Notes: generated from the sequence alone by a model not told the origin. DNA of 57,061 nucleotides from Deltaproteobacteria bacterium (GCA_017996625.1 JAGOGO010000003.1:1-57061); one strand, 5' to 3'. Numbered from the stretch's first letter, positions 1 through 9,703 are shown. Numbers and translations are program-made.

Positions 1-277
1 GCATGGCTTGTACTGCTGATTCCAGCGAGCCGTATGCCGTGATCATGATTACGACGGTTTCCGGACTTGTGGACTTCACCTCGCGCAGAACCGAGTAACC
101 GTCGCCATGAGGCATCTTGATATCCACCAGAATGACGTCGAAGACTTCATTGCGACAGATCTCTACTGCTTCGTCACCGCTCGAAGCAAGGGTGACGTCG
201 TAGCCTTCTTTCTTCAGGGTAATCAGGAGGAACTCGCGAATTCCCTTCTCATCATCAACAATAAGTATTCGGTGCAT
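1..277 (-). CDS. Response regulator, CheY-like receiver domain (N-terminal part only; gene continues beyond left edge), NtrC-type likely
   Basis: Own reverse-complement translation from ATG 277-275: [92 protein letters not shown]. It has the DD acidic pair, a phospho-acceptor Asp in VILVDIKMP and Thr in IMITA. The start overlaps the carB stop by 23 nt. Confidence 0.85.
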   Translation of the reverse strand, partial: MHRILIVDDEKGIREFLLITLKKEGYDVTLASSGDEAVEICRNEVFDVILVDIKMPHGDGYSVLREVKSTSPETVVIMITAYGSLESAVQAM

Positions 278-3200
278 TGGCTTGAAGGACCTTTCTGGTT
301 GGCCGAATGAAGACCTGATTCGCATGGTATTCCTGCAGCTTCTTGATCGTATCGGCAAAGAGTGGCCGCTGCCGTTCCTGCTGGATTTCCAGGATAGCTT
401 CTTCCATATCGGAGAAGTAGGGAACAAACCGGGGAATTGCTGCACGACGAATGATGAAGCTGTCACTGAGACTGTTTTCGTCCTTGCGATTCGGAACATT
501 CAGAATGAAGGCGACGGTATTACGGCTAAGATGCTCCATGATGCTCGCACCCTTCGCACTGGAAATCTTGGGAACGATCTCGTTTACCGCGATTCCGTAA
601 GAGGTGAGGTACTCAGCCGTGCCTTTGGTGGCGAGAATACATGATTTGTACTGTGCCAGGAGCCGTACCAGAAAGAGCAGTCGCTTGGTGCGGTTTCTGC
701 GGTCGACGCTGATGAACAGAGCAGGAGCTGACGATCGTTCAAGACGCTGACGCAGCGTCTCGTCATGATTGAGAAGGCCTTTGCGCCGCATTTGGGATTC
801 GATTGCGTTAACGGCTGCGGCAGCAGCGGAGATAGTGGTGAAGCAGGGAATCTTGTTGACAATTGCCTGCTGCCGGATGATGTAGTTATCGCTGAATGGT
901 CCTTTACCGAGAGGAGTATTGATGATGAGATCTACCTCGAGCCGGGCAATGCGTTCCATGACCGTGCTGGCAACGCTTTTTTCCCATACCTTGCCAATCA
1001 CCTCGGCCACCGGGATTCCATGCCGGCGCAATGCCCGGGCAGTTCCTTCCGTGGCTACGATCTTGAATCCCAGTTCTTCGAGCTTTTTGGCAATAAATAC
1101 GATGACTCGTTTATCCTTGTTCTTGACGCTGATGAAGACCGTGCCTCCGAATTTTCTACCCAAAGGCAGTTCCAGACCGGCGCCCATCTGACCGAGGCTG
1201 AAAGCGATACCAAAGTCGTGATCGATGCCCATGACTTCACCGGTGGACTTCATCTCCGGACCGAGAACCGAGTCAACGCCAGGAAACTTGTTGAACGGGA
1301 AGACCGGTTCCTTGACCGCTACATGGTCAACCTCAATCTCGGTAATGATGCCCAACTCTTCGAGTGAATGCCCGGCCATCACCAACGCTGCTACTTTAGC
1401 CCAAGGAATGCCGGTAGCTTTGCTCACAAAAGGCACGGTGCGCGAAGCCCGTGGATTTACCTCGAGCACGTGAACGACATCGTTTTTGATCGCGTACTGA
1501 ACGTTCATCAACCCGCGAACCCTCAGCTCCTTGCCTAAGGCGCGGGTATTCTCTTTGATGGTTCGAAGGAGGTCGTCATTGAGGGTATAGGGCGGCAGTA
1601 CGCAGGCACTGTCACCGGAATGAACGCCTGCCTCCTCAATATGCTCCATAATTCCGGCCACCACAACGCGGTCGCCGTCGGATACCGCGTCCACATCCAC
1701 TTCAATCGCGTCTTCCAGAAACTTATCAATCAGGACCGGTCGCTCCGGGGAAACGCGTACCGCCTCTTCCATGTATGCCCGTAAGGCTTCCTCGTCGTAG
1801 ACGATTTCCATGGAGCGGCCGCCGAGCACATAGGAAGGCCGCACGACCGCTGGGTACACGATTTCTTCGGCAATTATTTTTGCTTCTTCATAGGAGCGGG
1901 CACATCCGCTCTTTGGCTGAACCAGGCCGAGCTTCATGATAATCTCACTAAAACGTTCACGGTCCTCAGCCAGGTCGATGTCATCGGGATCGGTTCCGAG
2001 AATCGGGACTTTCTGTTCTTTCAGAGGAAGAGCGAGATTGAGCGGCGTTTGCCCTCCGAACTGAACGATAACACCGAGAGGCTTTTCCCGGTCCACAATA
2101 TTAAGAATGTCTTCACGCGTGAGCGGCTCGAAATAGAGACGGTCAGAAATATCGTAATCGGTTGAGACCGTCTCCGGATTGCAGTTGACCATAATTACCT
2201 CATACCCCTGCTCCTTAAGAGCCAGCGCGGCGTGAACGCAGCAGTAATCAAATTCTATCCCCTGGCCGATGCGGTTCGGACCGCCCCCGAGGATCATGAT
2301 CTTAGGCCGGTCGGAAGGCTTGGTTTCATCCTCCTCGTCATAGGTCGAGTAATAGTAAGGAGTATATGCTTCGAATTCCGCAGCGCAGGTATCCACCAGT
2401 TTGAAGACAGCTTCAATGCCGATAGACTTGCGAAAATTGCGAAACGTCATTTCATCAGTATGCAGAAGTTCGGCAAGCCGTGGATCGCTGAAGCCAGCCT
2501 GCTTGGCTTTGCGCACCAGAACCGGCGTGATGCTGGAGAGGCTGTGCCGCCTGAGCTGCTGCTCCAGATCAACAATCTCTTTTATAGTATACAGGAACCA
2601 GGGGTCGATATACGTAAGCGCATGAATTTCTTCCACGGTCATATCGCGCTTCAAGGCCTTGTAAATGTAAAAAATGCGTTCCCAATTGGGCACCTTGAGC
2701 TTGGAGCGGATTTTTTTGAGTGAATTGCGGTGACGGCTTCGTCCCTTTTTTCCGTTCGGCGACGGCTTTTCTTTCTTGTCCAGCCCGTAGTACCCGATTT
2801 CCAGAGATCGAACCGCTTTCTGAAGCGATTCTTTGAATGTGCGGCCGATGGCCATTACTTCGCCCACTGATTTCATCTGAGTATTGAGCGTTTGATCAGC
2901 TTCCGGGAACTTGTCGAATGCCCAGCGGGGAATTTTCGTTACTACATAGTCGATCACTGGCTCAAACGAAGCGCGGGTATAACGGGTAATATCGTTGGAG
3001 ATTTCATCAAGCGTCAACCCGACCGCCAGTTTTGCAGCAATCTTGGCAATGGGAAAGCCGGTAGCTTTCGAGGCCAAGGCCGAACTGCGGGAAACCCGGG
3101 GATTCATCTCGATGACCAGCATTTCTCCGGTCTCGGGATGAATGGCGAACTGAATATTGGAGCCGCCGGTTTCGATGCCGATTTCCCTGATGATGGCAAT

Positions 3201-4022
3201 CGCGGCGTCGCGCAGGCGCTGATATTCTTTATCGGTCAAGGTCTGGGCCGGAGCGACGGTGATACTGTCGCCGGTATGAATTCCCATCGGATCGAAATTC
3301 TCGATGGAGCAGATGATCACCACATTATCGTTCAGGTCGCGCATGACTTCGAGTTCGTACTCTTTCCAGCCGATTACCGATTTTTCGATCAGCACCTGAT
3401 TGAATTGGGTGTCCTTGAAAAAAGGTTTCAGAATGGTGCGCAGCTCGGCCTGAGAGAAAGCTATTCCGCCGCCGGTTCCTCCCAGGTTGTAAGCCGGTCG
3501 AATAATGACCGGATAGGAAAGACGTTCCGCTGCTTCAATCGCTTCCGAGAGCGTGTACGCGTATTCTCCTGAAGGCATCGAAAGGCCGACTCGGTCCATC
3601 GATTGCTTGAACAGTTCCCGGTCCTCGGCTTTCATGATTGCATCGAGCTTGGCGCCAATGAGTTCGACCCGATATTCGTCCAGGATGCCGCTCTTAGCCA
3701 GAGAAATGGTGGTGTTCAAACCCGTCTGCCCACCGATCGTGGGGAGCAGCGCCAGATAGTTGGGCTTTTTGTCCGGATTTTCTTGGGCGATAATATCGGC
3801 TACCACACTGGCATTGACGGGTTCCACATAGGTACTGTCAGCCATCTCCGGGTCGGTCATGATTGTGGCCGGATTGCTGTTTACCAGGATGACATGGTAC
3901 CCTTCCTCTTTCAAAGCCTTGCAGGCCTGGGTTCCGGAATAATCAAACTCGCAGGCCTGACCAATGATGATTGGTCCGGAGCCGATCAGCAGAATTTTTT
4001 GAATATCTGTTCGCTTAGGCAT
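255..4022 (-). CDS. carB: Carbamoyl-phosphate synthase large subunit, 1255 aa, with an extra C-terminal MGS-like domain
   Basis: The N-terminus [42 protein letters not shown] is canonical CarB. Two ATP-grasp halves are present. The allosteric MGS-like domain ([12 protein letters not shown]...ATEGTA) is followed by a second one ([10 protein letters not shown]...ATKGTAEYL). Confidence 0.95.
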   Translation of the reverse strand: MPKRTDIQKILLIGSGPIIIGQACEFDYSGTQACKALKEEGYHVILVNSNPATIMTDPEMADSTYVEPVNASVVADIIAQENPDKKPNYLALLPTIGGQTGLNTTISLAKSGILDEYRVELIGAKLDAIMKAEDRELFKQSMDRVGLSMPSGEYAYTLSEAIEAAERLSYPVIIRPAYNLGGTGGGIAFSQAELRTILKPFFKDTQFNQVLIEKSVIGWKEYELEVMRDLNDNVVIICSIENFDPMGIHTGDSITVAPAQTLTDKEYQRLRDAAIAIIREIGIETGGSNIQFAIHPETGEMLVIEMNPRVSRSSALASKATGFPIAKIAAKLAVGLTLDEISNDITRYTRASFEPVIDYVVTKIPRWAFDKFPEADQTLNTQMKSVGEVMAIGRTFKESLQKAVRSLEIGYYGLDKKEKPSPNGKKGRSRHRNSLKKIRSKLKVPNWERIFYIYKALKRDMTVEEIHALTYIDPWFLYTIKEIVDLEQQLRRHSLSSITPVLVRKAKQAGFSDPRLAELLHTDEMTFRNFRKSIGIEAVFKLVDTCAAEFEAYTPYYYSTYDEEDETKPSDRPKIMILGGGPNRIGQGIEFDYCCVHAALALKEQGYEVIMVNCNPETVSTDYDISDRLYFEPLTREDILNIVDREKPLGVIVQFGGQTPLNLALPLKEQKVPILGTDPDDIDLAEDRERFSEIIMKLGLVQPKSGCARSYEEAKIIAEEIVYPAVVRPSYVLGGRSMEIVYDEEALRAYMEEAVRVSPERPVLIDKFLEDAIEVDVDAVSDGDRVVVAGIMEHIEEAGVHSGDSACVLPPYTLNDDLLRTIKENTRALGKELRVRGLMNVQYAIKNDVVHVLEVNPRASRTVPFVSKATGIPWAKVAALVMAGHSLEELGIITEIEVDHVAVKEPVFPFNKFPGVDSVLGPEMKSTGEVMGIDHDFGIAFSLGQMGAGLELPLGRKFGGTVFISVKNKDKRVIVFIAKKLEELGFKIVATEGTARALRRHGIPVAEVIGKVWEKSVASTVMERIARLEVDLIINTPLGKGPFSDNYIIRQQAIVNKIPCFTTISAAAAAVNAIESQMRRKGLLNHDETLRQRLERSSAPALFISVDRRNRTKRLLFLVRLLAQYKSCILATKGTAEYLTSYGIAVNEIVPKISSAKGASIMEHLSRNTVAFILNVPNRKDENSLSDSFIIRRAAIPRFVPYFSDMEEAILEIQQERQRPLFADTIKKLQEYHANQVFIRPTRKVLQANAPNTYC

Positions 4023-5154
4023 GGTAGTGAATCATCATTTCCCGAAAATGGTTGAACAAATAGGATGCATCGTGCGGTCCTGGCGATGCTTCCGGATGGT
4101 ACTGTACTGAGAACAGGGGAATCTGGCGATGCTGCAGCCCTTCCACGGTGTCGTCGTTGAGGTTGATGTGTGTGATCTCGATCTCGGCCGGGTCGAGGCT
4201 TTTATAGTCGACACAAAATCCGTGATTTTGTGAGGTGATGGCGACGCAGCCAGAAGCCAGATCCTTAACCGGTTGATTGCTGCCCCGGTGGCCGAATTTG
4301 AGCTTGTACGTTCTGCCGCCCAGAGCGAGTGCGAGAAGCTGGTGGCCCAGGCAAATGCCGAAGATGGGTGCTTTTCCGATCAGGGCGCGCACTGTCTCCA
4401 CGGCGTACGGCACCCCTTGCGGATCTCCCGGCCCATTGGAGAGGCAGATTCCCTGAGGTTTGAGGCTCAGCGCTACTTCAGCCGGCATTGAAGCGGGTAC
4501 GACCGTCACGAGAAACCCCTGTTCCACCAGGCGGCGCAGAATGTTGCGCTTGACGCCGAAATCATAGACGACTACATGCAGGCGCTCTGAAGCATCATCA
4601 GCGTGAACGGTATAGCCTTGTTCCAGATGCCAAATGTCCTGATTCCAGGGGTATGACTCTGCACAGGTTACTTCCCTGACCAGATCGCGCCCGACGATGG
4701 GCGGCGCACCCTCCAGTTTCTGCTGCAGGCTGGGAATGTCAAAGTCGACCGTGGAAATAATTCCCAGCTGCGCGCCTGCATCGCGAATATGCTTCGTCAG
4801 GGCACGGGTATCAATCGACTGTATTCCCACGACTCCGTGTTCTTTCAAATACTGATCAAGACTTTTTCGTCGACGCCAGTTTGAGGGATGATTGCAGCAT
4901 TCGCGCACGACGAAACCTTCTGCCTGAGGGCGGAGAGATTCAACATCTTCTTCATTGATCCCATAGTTGCCGATGTGGGGATAGGTCATGGTGACGATCT
5001 GCCCTTTATATGACGGATCGGTAAGCACTTCCTGATAGCCGGTCAGGCTGGTATTGAAAACGACCTCTCCACACGTTTCTCCCTGGCTGCCGAAAGACTC
5101 GCCGTGGAATACACGGCCGTCCTGCAGCAACAGAACTGCCTGGTTATGTAGCAC
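4015..5154 (-). CDS. carA: Carbamoyl-phosphate synthase small (glutaminase) subunit
   Basis: [37 protein letters not shown] and the catalytic GICLGHQLL motif. I prefer GTG 5154 (GGGAGGA 8 nt upstream) over the TTG at 5190 on the track. It overlaps the pyrC stop by 11 nt and the carB start by 8 nt. Confidence 0.9.
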   Translation of the reverse strand: MLHNQAVLLLQDGRVFHGESFGSQGETCGEVVFNTSLTGYQEVLTDPSYKGQIVTMTYPHIGNYGINEEDVESLRPQAEGFVVRECCNHPSNWRRRKSLDQYLKEHGVVGIQSIDTRALTKHIRDAGAQLGIISTVDFDIPSLQQKLEGAPPIVGRDLVREVTCAESYPWNQDIWHLEQGYTVHADDASERLHVVVYDFGVKRNILRRLVEQGFLVTVVPASMPAEVALSLKPQGICLSNGPGDPQGVPYAVETVRALIGKAPIFGICLGHQLLALALGGRTYKLKFGHRGSNQPVKDLASGCVAITSQNHGFCVDYKSLDPAEIEITHINLNDDTVEGLQHRQIPLFSVQYHPEASPGPHDASYLFNHFREMMIHYHA

Positions 5155-6463
5155 GTTCGTGATCCTCCCATACGATAGTACCATCCACAATAGTCATCAC
5201 TGGCCCGCCAACAAGCTTTCGACCTCCGAAGGGTGTATTGCGGCTGAGTGAACGAAAGCGGGCAGGGTTAACAATACTTTCTCGCTCAAGATCAAGAATA
5301 GTTATATCAGCGGCTGCGCCCTGCTGCAGGGTACCGCCGGCAACGCCGAGCAGGCGCGCCGGATTAGTGCTGAGGAGGGTGACGGCTCGATTGATAGACA
5401 TGCCGGCTTCGTGTACTAACCCACTCAGGGTAAGCGCAACCGCAGTCTCCAGTCCGGCGATGCCGTTCGCTGCACGACCATATTCCAGATCCTTATCTCC
5501 TGTGCCGTGAGGGGCATGGTCGGTAGCAATGCAGTCGATGGTGCCGTCCAGAAGCGCCTGGCGCACTGCTTCCCGGTCAGCACTGGACCGCAGCGGCGGA
5601 TTCACCTTGGTGTTGGTATCGAAAGAAGTGACCGCCTCATCAGTCAGAGTAAAATGATGCGGTGTCGCCTCAGCGCTGACATGAACTCCGCGCATTTTGG
5701 CACGGCGAATGATGTCCACTGCTCCAGCAGTCGAAACATGGGCCACATGGAGTCGGGACCCGGTCATTTCGGCGAGAATGACATCCCGGGCTACCATGAC
5801 GTCTTCAGCAGCCGAAGGGATTCCCGGCAATCCTAGCCGGGTGGAGACAAGGCCCTCATGCATGACGCCTTCGGCAGAAAGGGTTTTGTCTTCGCAATGG
5901 GAAATGACGAGTAGATCGAAATGCTTCACGTATTCCAGAGCGCGGCGCATCAGATCGCTGTTCATTACCGGCTCGCCGTCATCGGAAAGTGCAACGACAC
6001 CTGCTGCTTTGAGGCTGCCGATATCACTCAACGATTCACCCTGTAGGCCTCGAGTAATAGCGCCGATCGGATATACTCGCACGCAGCCTTCCTGTTGAGC
6101 TCTGCACCTGATGTAGGTGGTCACCACCTTGTTATCGTTAACCGGATTTGTATTGGGCATGCAGGCAACCGCAGTGAAGCCGCCGGCAGCGGCAGCACGA
6201 CACCCGCTCGCAATGGTTTCCTTCGTCTCGTATCCGGGTTCACGAAGATGCGTATGCATGTCGATGAAGCCTGGAGCCACGATAGTACCCGACGCATCGA
6301 CGACCTGAAGATCGCTGCTTTTCCCACCGGCTACACCGGTGATCGTGCCAGGATCGATGCGGGGCGCCAGTTGAACGATGGTTCCCTGATGAATAAGAAT
6401 GTCCGCATAATCATCTCGGTTCTGACCGGGATCAACAATCCGGCCATGTTTAATGAGCAGCAT
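5144..6463 (-). CDS. pyrC: Dihydroorotase
   Basis: [12 protein letters not shown]..., [10 protein letters not shown] and the amidohydrolase His/Asp pattern. Start moved to Met34 of the track ORF (ATG 6463), overlapping the pyrB stop by 14 nt. Confidence 0.9.
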   Translation of the reverse strand: MLLIKHGRIVDPGQNRDDYADILIHQGTIVQLAPRIDPGTITGVAGGKSSDLQVVDASGTIVAPGFIDMHTHLREPGYETKETIASGCRAAAAGGFTAVACMPNTNPVNDNKVVTTYIRCRAQQEGCVRVYPIGAITRGLQGESLSDIGSLKAAGVVALSDDGEPVMNSDLMRRALEYVKHFDLLVISHCEDKTLSAEGVMHEGLVSTRLGLPGIPSAAEDVMVARDVILAEMTGSRLHVAHVSTAGAVDIIRRAKMRGVHVSAEATPHHFTLTDEAVTSFDTNTKVNPPLRSSADREAVRQALLDGTIDCIATDHAPHGTGDKDLEYGRAANGIAGLETAVALTLSGLVHEAGMSINRAVTLLSTNPARLLGVAGGTLQQGAAADITILDLERESIVNPARFRSLSRNTPFGGRKLVGGPVMTIVDGTIVWEDHERAT

Positions 6464-7388
6464 CAGGCACTCCTTTCCCGGCAAGAAGATAGAAAAGAGC
6501 CATGCGCACGGCAAGACCGTTGGATACCTGCGTGAGGATAAAGGACTGGGGACCGTCGGCAACCGGAGTGCTCATTTCCACCCCTCGATTGAGAGGACCG
6601 GGGTGCATAATCATGACTGTCTTTCCTGCATGCGTGATTCGCGCTTCATTGATTCCAAAGAAACGGGCGTATTCCTGAAGCGAAGGCAAAAGATGCTTGT
6701 TTTGCCGTTCGAGTTGAATTCTCAGACACATGACCACATCAGCATCGGCAATGGCATCTTCGACATTGAGGAAAACAGAAACCCCCAGTTTTTCGATGTG
6801 ACTGGGCACCATTGTGGCCGGTCCGGCTACGCGAACGTCTGCCCCGAGTTTGGTAAGACCCCAGATGTTGGATCGGGCAACTCGGCTATGGGTAATGTCA
6901 CCAATAATGGCAACGCGAAGCCCGGCTATGGCCCCCCGATTTTCTCTGATAGTCAAAAGATCCAGCAAGGCTTGGGTAGGATGCTCGTGACCGCCGTCGC
7001 CAGCATTAATGATCGAGGCGGAGACGTGAGGTGCGAGGAGGCTGCCAACGCCGGCAGCGGAATGCCGTACGACGATGAAATCAGGAGCGAGAGCCTGCAA
7101 AGTGAGAACTGTGTCTTTTATAGTTTCTCCTTTCACTATGCTGCTGGAGGCAGTTGTAAAATTGAGGACCTCGGCTCCCAGTGTTTTGCCAGCCAGTTCA
7201 AAAGACATCCGGGTGCGAGTGCTCGGCTCATAGAAAAGGTTAATGACGGTCTTGCCTCGTAATGGTGCTTCCCGGGCAAAGGCACAGGGGGACAGCCGCT
7301 TGATTTCCTGAGCAGTATCGAGGATAAGACTGATGTCTTGAGATGCGAGGTGCTCAAGCCCCAGGATATGGTGCGTATTCAAGGTCAT
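6450..7388 (-). CDS. pyrB: Aspartate carbamoyltransferase catalytic subunit
   Basis: FYEPSTRTRMSFE and HPTQALLD motifs; 312 aa; 4-nt overlap with pyrR. Confidence 0.95.
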   Translation of the reverse strand: MTLNTHHILGLEHLASQDISLILDTAQEIKRLSPCAFAREAPLRGKTVINLFYEPSTRTRMSFELAGKTLGAEVLNFTTASSSIVKGETIKDTVLTLQALAPDFIVVRHSAAGVGSLLAPHVSASIINAGDGGHEHPTQALLDLLTIRENRGAIAGLRVAIIGDITHSRVARSNIWGLTKLGADVRVAGPATMVPSHIEKLGVSVFLNVEDAIADADVVMCLRIQLERQNKHLLPSLQEYARFFGINEARITHAGKTVMIMHPGPLNRGVEMSTPVADGPQSFILTQVSNGLAVRMALFYLLAGKGVPDAAH

Positions 7389-7915
7389 TCCGAATTCCTT
7401 ATAATGACTTCATCACGTCCGTCGTCTTCCAGCAGGCGCACATCGATAACCTCTCGTCGGGGGGTCGGAACATTCTTTCCCACATAATCGGGGCGGATGG
7501 GAAATTCCCGATGTCCACGATCCAGCAGCACCGCCAGCTGCACGGCCTGCGGCCGTCCCAGAGTAATCAGGCCATCCATGGCAGCCCGGATGGTTCGACC
7601 GGTGCAGAGAACGTCATCTACAAGGACGACTCTTTTACCTTGTACGGAAAAAGAGAGCAGGGAGGGTTCTCCGTGATCTATGCGGGTGGAAGCCGGGCAA
7701 TCGTCCCGATACCGGGAAATATCCAGCTCTTCAACCGGCACCACGGTTCCCTGAATTTCCCTGATCTTGCGGGCAATACGTCGAGCCAGGGTAATGCCGC
7801 GTCTCCGAATACCGATGATCACCAGGTTGCCGAGGCACTGATTTTTTTCAACAATTTCGTGCGCCAATCGGCTCAGGACTCGATCGATTTCAGGTGCGGA
7901 AAGAATAACACGCAT
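7385..7915 (-). CDS. pyrR: Bifunctional pyr operon regulator / uracil phosphoribosyltransferase PyrR
   Basis: LVIIGIRRRGITLARRI and the PRPP loop VVLVDDVLCTGRTIRAA. ATG 7915 (MRVILSA) with AGGTGG upstream is preferred over the TTG at 7939, which lies in the terminator T-run. Confidence 0.9.
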   Translation of the reverse strand: MRVILSAPEIDRVLSRLAHEIVEKNQCLGNLVIIGIRRRGITLARRIARKIREIQGTVVPVEELDISRYRDDCPASTRIDHGEPSLLSFSVQGKRVVLVDDVLCTGRTIRAAMDGLITLGRPQAVQLAVLLDRGHREFPIRPDYVGKNVPTPRREVIDVRLLEDDGRDEVIIRNSE

Positions 7916-7937
7916 ATCCGTACCACCTATTTCAGTC

Positions 7938-8033
7938 AAAAAAAAACCTCCTTACCTATCAGCAAGAAGGTTTTCGACTATTTCTATTACGGTATTTTCC
8001 AACTCTGGTGTCCCTTCTTAATCTCTCAGGATT
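7938..8033 (-). promoter_or_regulatory. PyrR-type transcription attenuator in the pyr leader (binding loop, antiterminator, terminator)
   Basis: The minus strand reads AAUCCUGAGAGAUU (8033-8020), which resembles the PyrR binding-loop consensus ARUCCAGAGAGGYU. It is followed by AAGAAGG, which can pair with CCUUCUU. That CCUUCUU is also the 5' arm of an ~11-bp hairpin (7947-7974) followed by a 9-U run (7946-7938). The hairpin also sequesters AAGGAGG. Confidence 0.6.
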
Positions 8034-8130
8034 AAATTAAAGGGGTTAGGGGAATTGTGCACGTATGGTGCTTTTTCGAACTTTAAAAAATTTTACTTCA
8101 GCAGCATTGTGGAGTCAAGACATATTTGCG

Positions 8131-8349
8131 AAGAGCACGGAGCAGCGGAGCAAAGAGCAATTGAGCACGGAGCTAAGAGCGTAGAGCAAAGAGTCGCGCG
8201 GGATTACGGGTTGCATGATGCAGATTCTTCAATAAACCAGAACTCCTAACCCGCAACCTGCAACTCGCAATCCCGCTCAGAGCGGGACTTTTTGCTCCGC
8301 TGCTCTATGCTCGACTGTTCTTTGCTTCATACTCTCTGTTCTTTGCTCC
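8131..8349. repeat. Large imperfect palindrome built from short word repeats (GAGCAAAGAGCA, GAGCACGGAGC, GGATTACGGGTTGC and complements)
   Basis: Left arm 8131-8214 and right arm 8253-8349 are imperfect reverse complements. The right arm contains the hairpin AATCCCGC-TCAGA-GCGGGACT (8269-8289) followed by TTTTT. Confidence 0.8.
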
Positions 8350-8355
8350 AGGAGG

Positions 8356-9006
8356 TCACCGTATAATGTCTCCCATGCGTGACCACCGGTTATAATTGAC
8401 GGCATCGTAGAGTCTTACCGGGAGGTTCCAGAGAGCCCGCTCATGAGGTGAGCCATTGGACCAGTAAATCATAAAAGCCTTCCCCCTCACTGATTCAAGC
8501 GGAACAAACCCCCAATAGCGACTGTCTTTGCTGTTGTCGCGGTTGTCGCCGAGCACAAAAAGATGATTCTGCGGAACCTTAAGAGGTCCGCAGTAGGGAC
8601 ATCCTCCGGCAAAGGCGAGACTGTAGTTGCTATAATAAGCATGGGGGTCCTCATATTCCTGCCCGTTAATGAGCACCTTTTTATTCCTTATTTCAATTGT
8701 GTCGCCACCGACTCCGATTACCCGCTTGATAAAATCCTTCGAAGGGTCTTCAGGATAAATAAACACGATTACATCACCCCGCTTGGGGTCTTCAAACGGA
8801 AAAATCTTTTTACTGTAAAAGGGAACTTTGAGGCCATAGATGAACTTGTTGACCAGGATATGATCCCCAACCAGCAGAGTCGGGATCATGGAACCTGACG
8901 GTATCTTAAAGGCCTGAACTACGAATGCGCGAATAAACAAAGCCAATATGATGGCTAAGACAATAGCCTCGGTGTACTCCCGAAATTTTGATTTACCTTG
9001 TTTCAT
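8356..9006 (-). CDS. lepB: Signal peptidase I
   Basis: IPSGSMIPTLLVGDHILVNKF (catalytic Ser), the GDNRDNSKDSRYWGFV box and an N-terminal TM segment. Start placed at MKQGKSKF (ATG 9006). Confidence 0.9.
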   Translation of the reverse strand: MKQGKSKFREYTEAIVLAIILALFIRAFVVQAFKIPSGSMIPTLLVGDHILVNKFIYGLKVPFYSKKIFPFEDPKRGDVIVFIYPEDPSKDFIKRVIGVGGDTIEIRNKKVLINGQEYEDPHAYYSNYSLAFAGGCPYCGPLKVPQNHLFVLGDNRDNSKDSRYWGFVPLESVRGKAFMIYWSNGSPHERALWNLPVRLYDAVNYNRWSRMGDIIR

Positions 9007-9072
9007 GCCTGATCTCATTCTAGTGAATGCGCGTATCCTTTCACGTAACTGGTGTTTCTGACAGTGCAAAGT

Positions 9073-9192
9073 TTGACGACATCGTAAAAAGCCCCGCCTT
9101 CGGCGAGGGATAAAGAACTGAATCCCGCTCCGAGCAGGACTTCGGCGGGATTACTTCGTCGTCTCCAAGACGACTTTTTACGAGTCCATCAA
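9073..9192 (+). mobile_element. MITE-like element copy A: imperfect 19-nt terminal inverted repeats, each adjoining an A5/T5 tract and a GC hairpin
   Basis: Left end TTGACGACATCGTAAAAAG; right end CTTTTTACGAGTCCATCAA (15/19 as an inverted repeat). Internal hairpins lie at 9086-9109 (terminator-like on minus) and 9158-9179 (GTCGTC-TCCAA-GACGAC + T5, terminator-like on plus). A second copy in inverted orientation lies at 38403-38533. Confidence 0.7.
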
Positions 9193-9303
9193 GTTTGGAG
9201 AGACAAAAGGGAAGTAAAAATAAATTCTATATATTAAACAGACATTGCAGAAAAGTCAAAGTAAAACATAAATTCTTGTGGGAGCGAAGGGCAGTTGATC
9301 CTG

Positions 9304-9333
9304 GAGCAGCGGAGTCCCGCCTTTGGCGGGATT
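9304..9333. repeat. REP-like hairpin repeat GAGCAGCGG-AGTCCCGCC-TTT-GGCGGGATT
   Basis: 29/30 identical to 16652-16681. The 9-bp stem includes one G-U pair. Confidence 0.85.
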
Positions 9334-9452
9334 GAGATCAGTATCCACCCGGAAGAATCCAGGGGCGGAAATGGCAGACTAGCGCCCTGTTATTTAGCGA
9401 CTTAATCCTAGTAAGGGTTGAATTCCCCTGTTCCTGACGTGACATTTTAAGA

Positions 9453-9481
9453 TTGACAAGCGGAAGTATTTTCTTTATCTT
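9453..9481 (+). promoter_or_regulatory. Sigma70-type promoter for tRNA-Gly
   Basis: TTGACA (9453-9458), 17-nt spacer, TATCTT (9476-9481), about 25 nt upstream of the tRNA 5' end. Confidence 0.6.
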
Positions 9482-9506
9482 GATGCTACAGATGACAATA
9501 CATAAG

Positions 9507-9579
9507 GCGGGCATAGCTCAGCTGGTAGAGTGCAAGCTTCCCAAGCTTGATGTCGCGGGTTCGAATCCCGTTGCCCGCT
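9507..9579 (+). tRNA. tRNA-Gly (anticodon CCC), no encoded CCA
   Basis: Cloverleaf folded by hand: acceptor GCGGGCA/TGCCCGC, D arm GCTC/GAGT, anticodon stem CAAGC/GCTTG with loop TTCCCAA, T arm GCGGG-TTCGAAT-CCCGT, discriminator T. The next bases are CTT, not CCA. Confidence 0.93.
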
Positions 9580-9678
9580 CTTTTGCTTGCCTCAGTTTGC
9601 CCAACCTCGCACTTTCAAATAAATATTTAGTTGATTTTGTGGATTTTTGCGCTATAATTACAGATTGAGTGCCAACGA

Positions 9679-9703
9679 AGTGGGCAAAATGCCCACTTTT
9701 TTA
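9679..9703 (+). terminator. Rho-independent terminator after tRNA-Gly
   Basis: AGTGGGCA-AAA-TGCCCACT followed by TTTTTT. Confidence 0.8.

Noticed and set aside
282-4055. Numerous plus-strand ORFs (for example 282-644, 765-1367, 2232-2723, 2892-3572, 3603-4055) antisense to carB
   Set aside because: They lie entirely inside the high-confidence carB frame, have Arg/Ser/Gly-rich composition typical of antisense frames, and have no RBS or recognisable motifs.
8055-8249. 64-aa ORF (…EEHGAAEQRAIEHGAKSVEQRVARDYG…)
   Set aside because: Its periodic sequence is just the translation of the GAGCA-word repeats in the left arm of the palindrome. It has no RBS and is not a plausible protein.
9453-9668. 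71-aa ORF spanning the tRNA-Gly gene
   Set aside because: It overlaps a well-folded tRNA and its promoter; it is a translation artefact.
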